This document shows, piece by piece, positions 44,498-55,480 of a DNA stretch of 64,000 nucleotides. The notes under the pieces were generated by a model, which saw nothing but the letters and a program-made list of their open reading frames with translations, ran no database searches and was not told the origin of the DNA. Source of the stretch: Tubiluchus corallicola (taxonomy: Eukaryota > Animalia > Priapulida); assembly GCA_030141605.1 (NCBI GenBank), contig JAQGDQ010000030.1:226748-290747 (forward strand), in the 5' to 3' direction. How positions within the stretch are numbered: the stretch's first letter is position 1; every line of letters begins with the position of its first letter. Position numbers and translations under genes: made by a program.

Positions 44498-46069
44498 GAT
44501 TTTTTCGGAGAGCCAGCAATGCCCTGCAGTGTTGCCAAGAAACGCCAGGAGGTGACACCACATTCCGTCCGAAATTTGCCTTCGCCAGATAACAGTGACA
44601 GTGGGTACTCAGGAAATGCACCAGTACATCGGCCTTTGAACTCTGCCGATGATCACCCTCAGGAGGATGTCAGTGTGGCAGAAGAGGTGGTAGAAACTGC
44701 ACAAATAGGTGATACTTATCAACGTCATGAACAGACTTCTCACCTCGAGAACATGATAGTTGAAGAACGTGAACCGTCTGATCAAGTTCCTTCAACGAAT
44801 AATGATAATGCTGCTATGACTGTAGATAAACTTTCTAATTCAGGTCGAACCTTGTCATTAGACTTGAATTCTGAGAATTGTGTCAGCAGCGAAACGACAG
44901 GTTACCACACTCAAAATGGGTCCACTAGCAGCCTTTCACCTCCATCGTCTAATTATCGTCCTCCTGTTGCCGAACTTTGTGATAAGGGCCTGAATAGGCA
45001 ACCGAGCTCACTTTGCAAAATTTCCGTCCTTGAGAGTCATAAGCAGCATAATGGATTTGCAACGCCTCTTCATGCACATCCTGCTGGACATTATGGTAAG
45101 ACAGTTAGCAGTGCTTCAGAGACCGGTTTCATTTTAAGTCATGAATGTCATGATTATGGGGTTCCGGGCAAGATTTCCGGCTACAGGGCGGGATTGGATT
45201 TGCCACAGCAATGTACAAAATCCCAAGATAAAGATTTTGCGCAAATGACTAGTTTTCATAACTTGGCATATGAAGGTTTAATGGAATCTCGGCGTGATTA
45301 CCTCGATTTGCTACATCATGAAATACAGAGAGTTGAGTCAGGTCAGACATTACGAGAACAACTTTCTGAAGTAACGGGCTACAGCTGTCTGCCAAAAGAA
45401 AACTCAAAAGATGACGATTTTTTTACACTTGATGAGTTCTCTTCAATGATATCAGATTCCTTAGCAAAGAAATCTTCCGAATCTGCTCTTCCCCAAGACG
45501 AGCTTTGGGAAACTCTGAAAGACATTGAACAGAGGAGCGTTCTGATGCACAAACAAATGAAGGACTCTGTGACAAACGAACAGCATTTGCTGGAAACCAT
45601 TCAACTTAATGCTGACAGGTTTTCCAGAGATGTTGAAAGACTCACTCTAAAAAATCGTCACTTGAAAGGTGAAATTGAAAAACTACTTGTCGATCGAACA
45701 TTTGATAGACAAAATAGCAAAGAAATGCAACAAAAGTTAGATTTACTATCACAACAGGTGTCTCAATTGCGGGATTCTTCCAGTAGTAACAATGCCACGT
45801 ATGTGACGCCATCAGAACTATACGCACAGATTCATAATCTTGCGTCCCAACAGACAAGCAGCGATGGAGTTTTAGGGAGTAAACCATCTTCACTTAATCT
45901 TGAAGAGGATTCTGTGTTAGCGCATCTACACAAGAAGCTATTGTGGTTGGAAACGGAATTGTGGGAAAGCCGGGAGAGGGCACTGAGGTTAGAGGAAGAT
46001 CAGAGGTACTTGTCAACACATGTGCTAAGCAAGATCCATGCTGTGGAACGTGATGTGTCATCATTGAAG
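44498..46069 (+). CDS. Gene 2 exon A (first internal ATG at 44519); coiled-coil segments in its C-terminal third
   Basis: Acceptor cttccag ending 44497; donor gtgagt at 46070; VERLTLKNRHLKGEIEKL, LETELWESRERALRLEED. Confidence 0.82.
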
Positions 46070-49000
46070 GTGAGTTACCTCAATGAATTAACAAAAGCCA
46101 CTTGAATCTATATTCTAACGGATAATAGTGGACAAATCACAAAGTTCATGATTGGTGGCCAGTAGTCAAAATGCGTGATTTATTTATCAAAAACTTGAAG
46201 TGTAATTATTTATATTTATGGTTAAATATAGTGACTCATAGATTTTGTACTTTATCCCCAAAAAAGTCTGCAAGTTTTTTCCTTTGAATTTTATTGACTT
46301 GAAACTTAATTGTTTAATATAAATTATTGTGAGCTTTTTACACGTGTCTTGTAATTCCAACTGACTTGAAATGATTTAATTAATTAGTTCTTTGAAGGAT
46401 TAATTTCCAATTCGTTTGTGCTGCTTATATGGTGCACTTGGCTACAGTAAAAATATAGAAACTGCAAAATGACAATGATAAATTAAAATGTCGCAAAACA
46501 AAATACAGTACTACAATAAAACTGAGAGATATTTATATGATTATTGGCTTAAATACGTTACAGCTTCCACTAGTTAAAATAGAAATAATCTCGTTTGACT
46601 AGACTGTTATTATAATAGTCCTTGAAATCATTGTGAGACAAATTGGCCATGACTCATTCATGTTCTAATTTATTTTCTCATTTCTGGGTTAAGAATAGCA
46701 TGAAATCAAATCAATCTAAACTTGCTGAACGTGTTGGTTGTTTACCTTTCTGGTATTATACCTGCTGTAACATGTGATAGATTGTCAGTGATAATCTTAG
46801 CATCATATTTTTAGCACGTCATTTCCAGAATTAGGGAATTAATCCCTTGTTTGCCTATTGCGGCAAACGGTGTTGGACTAATCAAGTAATTTTTCGCTGT
46901 TATTTTAGCCATTACCCGTCATTTTATTAAATTAAAATCTACAAAGTGTGATGCAAAGTTAAGAAATTCTCAATTTTTGTTTTGATCGATTTAGATAAGT
47001 GAAAGGCAAACCATTGTTTTGCATTAACATTCATTACTTTCTATGTTACATCTCACTTGATAATAGCAATGTATAGAAAACATAGAAAATAATGAATGTT
47101 TTACTGCACGTAATAGAAAAATGGTAGACTGCACTGCATTTAGACTTAGATTATGGGTAGCTTATCATATTGAAACATTTTTAGGTTACTGTTTTGACCC
47201 TTGTGCAAGAAAACTTACATTAAGCGACACTGATGGACGCTTCACTATATATGTTGTGTATTTTTATGCAGCTGCAAATATATAATTATAATATATATTT
47301 GCAGCTGCTTGAAAATCATTTTTGTAACAACTAACAGTGATCTAGTTTTGCAACCTAAATATAAATTAATAGGACTTAGAATGTCAGATGTCCTACAATA
47401 AAAACAAATAATAGCTGAAGTAAAGCAAAAAGAGATTTGACATAGTTCATATGTCAAAATATGCTTGATTGAAGTTTGTTATTACAGTTTATTAAAGTAT
47501 GCTGTAACATTCAGGACCAAAGCTTAGGTAATTGTTCTAGAGCCAGATACGAGCCCTAGCAGCCATTCAGCACATAGTGATGATAGATTGCACGGAAATT
47601 ATTCAGTGCATGTGATTGAGTTTTTGTTAATTACACAATGCAGTCAAAGGTTGCTATTTTCAGAGCAAACAATATTTATTCATATATTACCTAAGGCTGA
47701 TCATTGTGATCATCTGCTATCCATATTTTGGTAACCTTTGAGTTCTTATTATTGAATGAGGGTGGTGGTAGATAACCATTAGTTATTCAATTCTGGGATA
47801 GGGTGGGTGGAGTGTTTAACCAATATTTTACTTTTTAGCGAGTTTGTGTGCCAGTAAAATGTTTGCTATCGTGTTTGCGTGATTATGCTGGTTTCCGTTT
47901 TTTGAACCTTAATCTCACACCAGTTAGAATGTTTGCCATGTTATTGTCGGTTATATGCCATTGTAAACAGGTAGGCTAAGCACATTGAGAGTGAGACTAG
48001 GTTATACATACAAACATGCGTGCATGACAGGAACCTGTAACATCCTGTAGGAATGTTTAATGGAAATAATTGAACTTCCTTCCATTTCTGCCGTTTTCAC
48101 TAAGATGATAACTCAAACAAAATGTTTTGCAGTAAACCCTAAATCATGTTCGTTTTTTTAAATTGCAGTATGGTACTTTGAATCGTCAAGGTCGTACACC
48201 TGAAAATATACAGCAGCATCTCTTGGAAAGCCGGGCCAATGCTCTACAGAGTGAGCTTCTTCTAGTCAATGATCAGTTGCGCAGCTTGACGAGCAGAAAT
48301 TTTGACACTTCTTCCTGCATGCCTACTCCGTTTCCCAAGACTTATGCTAGAGCGCGCCACAATAGTACAAAATCTGACGAACCTATTTATCAAGAAATAC
48401 CTGCACCAAACAACAATGCAGACTTTGGAGACGGCAGGGAACAATCAATCACTTCTGACGTATTGCGTAATAATTCGTCCACGTGGTGCGATTCTCAGAC
48501 AGGTAAAGAAAGATTTGTGGAAGAAAATCAGGCACAGGGAGATTTTGGTGTATCACAAAGGTTATCAGATAAGCAGAACAGTATGGCAGTTTCTTCTAGG
48601 GATGCAAATTATCCTAATCTACCACCTAGCTTGCACAAAGAATCTGTCCTAATTACAAAACAAACGGGTGATAAAAATGCATCTTTTCACATAACAACCA
48701 AAGACAATACAGTCAAAGTCTCAATTGAAGTTGCAGATAACAAGCGATCAAATTCACAATCGTTTTACAATACATCGAACTCCTCAAACACCTCTTCAAT
48801 ATATGAAGAGATTACTCCTCTTGGAGAGAGACTTAACATTTCTCTACCTGATGGAATTCAAAATTATCGACAGCCTTTTGACAGTTCGCTTTTGAGACGG
48901 TCATCAATGATACCTAGAACCGGCATAACAGTTCCTCCTGATTTGCAAGACACTACAACAAATAAAGCATTGTCGCTTAACCTTGGGGATGATGGTAGTT

Positions 49001-52000
49001 CTGCTGTTTCCCAAAGATATGATGTGGTGCGTCATGCTGCAAGTTCGGAAATGAAAAGCAATGCCTGCAGTCAGAGCAAAGATATTGGCACAAACTTAAC
49101 TGTAGATATTGTAAATAATATAGAATATGTTACAGACTATACTGAATTACTTGATAATCTTGACAATTTTCTGTCAGAAGATCATACGTCAACATCTGTT
49201 AGTTTAAATAAACAGTCGGACTGTGATTCTTGTTCGTCGGGTATTGAGACAAGCCGGGAAAGTCAGATTGGATCGCCTGCCATTTCACCTGCAGAATCGG
49301 AGCATGATACAAAATCAAAAGCTGAAAATGAGTCCAATGCTTTTGTTTCACCAACTGTTTTGAGCCCAAGAGGAGATGAAGATTTTTTGTCTAGCTCAGA
49401 ATCGCAGTCATTAGCTACTGTAATTGAAAAACAGGACCGATTTGAGACAAAATCACCCACAGCGACTGACATGGGAAGCACAACTGGAGGAGAAGACGAG
49501 TTACCTGATGATAACCAAAACTGTTCAACAAGCTGTCAACTGGAAAAAGATTTGAATCTTTCGATTACTGAAAGCAACAGTAAAAAATCTCTGGCAACTC
49601 AAATGGACAGAATTACTAATACAGAACAGCAAAAAACTTCATTATCTTGCCCAGTTATAGAACCTACCTCACTTGACCAAAGAAGTGAAAATGGTACTAA
49701 TTTTCCTCATAGTTCATCTGGTATTAAAAATGGTGATAGGTGCTTTGATGATATATCACTTACTGGTCATGAATCCAATAATTACTTTCCTGTTGCCAAT
49801 TTAGAAATAAATGAAAAGAACAATTTCACAGTCACATTGAATGATGTGAACCTTGTTGATGCACATCATAACAATAAGAGCGAAAAGCGCAACAGTGGCC
49901 AGATGCAGTCAGGATCTCAGTCCGTTTTAAATGTCCATTGTCAACAATTGAATTTGGCAACTGATTGTAAAGATACTATAAATGAAGTTCCTGTTGAGCT
50001 TAGGTCACCGTTGGATGAAAACCAGCACGAGTCTCAAATTGCAATTAATCACTATGCACCTATTTTAGTGGAAGAAATACAGCAGCAAGATATTAAACAT
50101 ATGTACATGGTGCACACAAGTAAGCTTACAATTGAAGAACAAGAAGACAGCAGGAGTGAAAACATTACTGGCAATGACGAAGAGACATTAATTGTCGGGA
50201 GTGAGGCTGACACCACTATTGAAGAATCTTCTCAGAATTTGTTGATCGATTTGTCCGAAAATGCAACCATGTCGTCAAAGTATTTACATGTATGGTTTCC
50301 TAATGAGGAGTGCACAGAGCTTCCGGAAACTGCAATACGGCATAGCACTCCGTTCTCTGAACACGGAGACACCACGTTGGATGACAGTGAAACAGTTACT
50401 ACAGCAACCACATTGAGGGCTGATGATGAAATGTCATCTCGCCGAAACAGTACATCATCCCAGGGTTCATGTGACTCTGTAATGTCTGCCCCTTTTCATT
50501 ATACTGAAGCAGATTTTCGAAAATGGCATTCTCCTGTTGAGCTGCATTCATCTTCGGATTCACCGCCAGGAGATTATTGTAGGTATGGTGATGATATCAA
50601 TGTGCCATCTGTAGAATACCAATTCAAAATTTCATCCTCTGATAATGAGTATCCGGTGCACAGAGCTGTACCATTTAATGATATACACAACGAAATTTTA
50701 AGTGATGATAACCATTTGTCAGACAGTCCAAGTTCACTGCCTGATCCAACAGGAGGATTGGATTTTGAGAATCTGACAGCTAGGCTGAAGTCTGAGTTTA
50801 TGGATCAGTACATACATGGTTTGTCAAGTGAACCAGTATCACCATCTGGATCACTACATGGATGTGATGGTCTTTCAGTTACTTCAGAAAAAAGTCTAGA
50901 TATTGAAAATGTTGTGGAGCCATTACACTGTGATGAGGATGTTCAGAACTCTGTTCCTGAATTGCTTTGTGAAGAATCTCCAGCTAGCTGCATGAAGTCA
51001 GATGAGTGTGTTGACCAATCTTCTGTTAAACAGTTGGACGACTCGACAGCCAGTAAGGATTTAGCAGTTTCACCAATGCCTAGCAAAACCAAAATACCAT
51101 GGTTGTCGACTAATTTTGTTTATCCTGCAACTGATGAAGAAAAAATGCGTGTTTTTTCTGAAATTGAAAAGCATGCATTAAATGTTCAAAGCAAAAATTC
51201 TAGTCCAGTAAATGATCCAATTTTAAATCCAGAAACAGATATTGAAATTAAACCTGTCAAAAGTAGCAGAGTTAGTGCGGTATTGAAGAAGTTTGCCAGC
51301 ACAAGTAGTTTAGCAGATAAACTGTCAAACAAAGATACGTCTAGTTCAGCTACTGTTTTGTCTTCTTTATTGACCGACGTACCTAATGACAATATACCAG
51401 TAGCATCAACAAAAAACAAAAAGTCTGTTACCAACAACGATTTTTATTCTTTGGGAATTGATAGTGACGAGCTTGTCAACAACTCTGCTGTTGTGCTTGA
51501 TGCAAATGTGGAAGACAACTTAGAAATGAATTTGCAAGCTGGCACTGTCAAAGAAAGAGGCATGAAAGAAATTGGAGAACTTCTGCTTAATGCAATTGAT
51601 CACACAGGAAAGGAAATACAAATCTCTACAGAAGAGACAAAATGCATTTCTGAATCTCTTTTAATTCCAAAAATTGTTATTTCAAACCCAGACATCTCAG
51701 ATATGGCATTAAATAGTGACGGAACATTGTCAACTGACGAATATGATGCCTTCATGAGCACTGATGATGATGATGATATCAATGAAATGGGTGCATTTTT
51801 TAACACTGCACAAAAACTTCTTGATGTGAAATTCACGTCAGATTCTCGTGAGCTGAACACAAATCGAATGCTAAACAATTATATCAATGACAGAGAACTG
51901 AACACTATTATTGAAGAAGAAGAAGATCAAGTGGAATGGTCCCACATAGATGAATGTGATATACAAGAAAGTATTGAGCAGTTGAGTTCCTACAGCTCTG

Positions 52001-54906
52001 GTGATGGTGCTGATGATGATGATGATGACGATGTTGATGACGATGACGATAAGAGCGAACTGAGCCAACTGAATACTACTATTTTAGATGACGAACATGA
52101 AATAATGATGAATGGTGGTAGATCTAGCCTAAACTCCAGGATTGCTGAAGCAACTAAAAAGGAACAGTCAAAGGATTTTGATTTTCTCGGTGCTGTTTTA
52201 CTTCAGTATCAAAGAGACAAAGGTTCAAAATCTATGCAAAGTAATAATGTGAACCATCTTGAAAATGTCAATGCTGTCCAGATAAGTGAAATAACTGGCC
52301 AGTCACAAAATGCAACTGGTGCACAAGAAGATCTTTATAATAAAAATGAGGTGTCTGTTCTTATTCCGTGTCATGTTGGTAGAGGTTTATCGGCAGCAGA
52401 TGATGCTTTCACAAGAAACACAGCAGACAACCAAGAAAATAAAGATATTGCTTTAAATTGCAGATTGATTCATTCGTTTGATTCTATACTTACGCCAGTT
52501 TTTGCTCCAGACATCGTAATTGATGATCTATGTGCACTACCAAATACTGTTAAACTGGAAAGCTTGGATTCATTTTCCTTTAATTCTTGGTCTAATACAG
52601 ATGTTGAGGAAGAGTATTGTCATTCTAAAAGGCATACTTTTGATGTCAGCACGACTTATATGCCAGAAATTGAATTGTCAGAAATTTCTTCATTGCCAAG
52701 TGAAGTTCCACTGGATTTTGGTGATAACATATGTGGAAGCATCGATAAAGCATTCTGTTTCATGTCCCAGAATATTGAGCTTGATGCTTTGTTATCATTT
52801 CCAAATGAAATAGTATTAGACACAACAAAGCTAGAGGCACATTTTTATTCTAAAGTTAATGATCTAGAAAAGCCTGAAGAAAGTTACAAGAGTTGCTCTT
52901 TGTCTTCGCTTGTTTGTTTTTCCGTTGACAATCACGAAGTGAATAGTGGAATACCACCTAAAGTAGATGTTGAAATATCACAGGCATCAACAGGTGTTGT
53001 TGTTGATTGTGCTTGTACGGTATGTGACATAGAGGATAACAACGGTTTCATTGCTAAATTGCCTTCTACCCTTTGTACTCCAGAAAGTGAAAGTGAAACT
53101 GATATTTTAAAAGCCAGCCAAAAAAGTGGCATGTCTCAGAACAAAATCTCGGAGATTCCTAGTGAGTGCACTGCTGTGTTTGAAAGCATCGTTCACCGTT
53201 TTGGACATATGGCACGAAATACAGATTTAACCAGAGAAGTGGTAAAATCTGAAGCAAATTGCAACAACTTTATTTTTAGCAATTTAGACCAAGAACAATT
53301 TCCATGCACTGCTTTGTCACAAGTTTCATTATCAGAACTATCCTCCTTGCAGTCAAACAATACTTTGCCATGCAAGACAAAACCTCGTCTTCGGAGGACG
53401 CAGAGTTTGGACCTCTCTAATGTGTCAAGGCTATCTTCAGAATATTCCGCGTTTAATTCGTTGCCTCGTTCAGCTAGTGCAGAAAATAGTCCTAAACATA
53501 AGTCATGGTTGACCACTAACTTTTCCTCTCCAGAGACTAAATCGGATTCTCTTAAGAAATTTGCTATTCAAAATGGTCGTGCTGCAAAAGACTTGGCAAA
53601 GATATTTGAAAAAGCAAATCTAAAAGAAGCTTCCATTACATTAAATAAAACCACAGATGAAAAATCTGTTGCAAAAACCAACAGAAGTCATCATGATAAA
53701 TCATTTCCATTTAATGAACACAACCGAAAACTGGATGAGAGAAAGCTGATGATCCGCCAAGATATTCTAAAAGATTTGGAACAGTTGTCAAAGGTTAAGG
53801 AAGAGAGACGAAATGGTATCGCTTCCAGAGAAAATCTAACACTTGATCTGTCTTTTGCCAATGAATCCGTACAGAATAGTAATGTGCTAGGTCAGCAACT
53901 CCATCCAGAATTGTCTTCTGGACAGGAGTTACAGGCTATCGAAGAGACATTCACAGATTCGCTATCTAGTCTTTCTTTTCGTACAAGCTCTTTAGACAGA
54001 ATGAGAGTGCCCTCAGAAAATGAAGATTCATTATTGCATTTATCTGGTTCCATGTCGAACGATTCCTTGGAAATGTCTTCATCGCTGACTTCTGAAATAC
54101 CATCTCATTGTGTAGATTTAGGTGAAGTCTTGTTAACGCCAGATTCTCTGGATGATGCAGAACTGAGAAAACCAGATCTTTCGAATTCACAATCAAGTCA
54201 GCCAGATGTACATACACCTGTCAGTCCGCTACTTGACACACGTGTGCATGTAAAATCCATATCTGGTCAGTCAAAGCATGGTGCTAAACCAGAGTTCGCC
54301 CAGGAGGAATCTTCCGAACATCTTCATAATCAACACAGAAAAATAGATAATCTTGTGGAGAGGTACAAACATGCAGCCCAGGTGAGAGGTTTTTTATTCT
54401 TATACTGTTTTAATATCTGCTAGTCCCAGTCATTCACAACCTGCAGCAAATTTGGTAATCTTTGGCAATAATTTCGCTTGTAATTTTGCGAAAATATGTT
54501 ACTTAATGTGACATCCCAGTGACATGTCTAGTGCTTGTGCATGAAAGATCTTTTTGAAGATGTTATTGTTTTGCTTTGACTGTTTTGCTGGTTAGAGTAA
54601 AACAGTTTCCAACCTTTTTGTCTCTTTTGTACTGCAAATGTAAGCTTGTACATAGGTCTACTACTTTTTTAATGAAAAATCTTAAAGAGATATTTGCAGT
54701 TTAATGTTGTATGTAATTCTGTATGTGTTCCTAAACAAACTGTCCTTGGTCGTTTGTAGGAGAAGCCTTCACATGTGCATTCCAAAAAGATGGGTAATCA
54801 AATAGGGCCTTCTGTTGGAGAACTAATTAGTAAATACTCATCTTTGGACACGGATAAAATGCGAAGAGTCTCAGCCATCATCGACAAGTACAGCAGCCAG
54901 AAGTAA
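44519..54906 (+). CDS. Large uncharacterised coiled-coil and intrinsically disordered protein, about 2636 aa; join(44519..46069,48169..54381,54760..54906); N-terminus could extend into upstream exons
   Basis: 560-aa and 2086-aa ORFs joined by phase-0 GT-AG introns (AAG|gtgagt, tgcag|TAT, CAG|gtgaga, tgtag|GAG). Heptad-like segments continue across the first junction; remainder is Ser/Asp/Glu-rich. No family recognised. Confidence 0.8.
48169..54381 (+). CDS. Gene 2 exon B, a 6213-nt giant exon encoding an acidic Ser-rich disordered region
   Basis: Uninterrupted 2086-codon ORF bounded by ttttttaaattgcag and gtgaga. Confidence 0.9.
54760..54906 (+). CDS. Gene 2 last coding exon (48 aa), absent from the ORF track
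   Basis: tttgtag| acceptor, phase 0; EKPSHVHSKKMGNQIGPSVGELISKYSSLDTDKMRRVSAIIDKYSSQK*, repeating a motif found in exon B. Confidence 0.75.
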   Translation, partial: EKPSHVHSKKMGNQIGPSVGELISKYSSLDTDKMRRVSAIIDKYSSQK

Positions 54907-55236
54907 TCATTTTCATCACTATAATGCTCAATGTTGTACCCAAGGTATGGACATAATTTTTTAGTGTTTTTTTTATCTTACAGAATTGTAGTCTGTCTGT
55001 AAATCATTGCGCCACAGAATGTCTAACCCCAGAGATTATGATGATGTATTTCTTTTACTAAAGATTTTTTTCATTATTGTATTTATTTTGTCGAGTTTCA
55101 TATGATTGCCTTTCTGTAATAGTGTCAGTTTATTTGCAACATTTTCCACTTTCTGCAAGGAAGATGCTAGCTTAGGTTGGATGTGTCCTGTAAGGGTGTC
55201 TTGCCCTTTTGCTTTTTTACAAATTGTTCCAAACAA

Positions 55237-55279
55237 GGCAAGTCACCTTGATGGCAAGTCACCTTGATGGCAAGTCACC
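55237..55279 (+). repeat. 16-bp tandem repeat, about 2.7 copies
   Basis: GGCAAGTCACCTTGAT twice plus a partial copy. Confidence 0.9.
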
Positions 55280-55369
55280 GATCAAGGTAAAGAACTACAG
55301 CAGAAAAAAATGAAAATATTAGCAGAGGTTTAGAAAAACAGAATTCTTATATTTACTAGTAAGATTCAG

Positions 55370-55480
55370 CATCTACATCTTCCCTTTGAAGCGAGACAGA
55401 GGAGAGTGGTGTTTTATTTAGCAGGAAAACAGTTTTCTGATAAAGAATTCCACAGAGGCCGAACAATAAAAAAAGATTCA
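55370..55480 (-). mobile_element. Possible very short LINE 3'-end relic
   Basis: Minus strand reads FFIVRPLWNSLSENCFP, similar to the LWNSLP motif at LINE ORF2 ends; short and degenerate. Confidence 0.35.

Noticed and set aside
48262-54217. Alternative-frame and antisense ORFs within the giant exon
   Set aside because: Short shadow ORFs expected inside a long coding exon; no independent signals.
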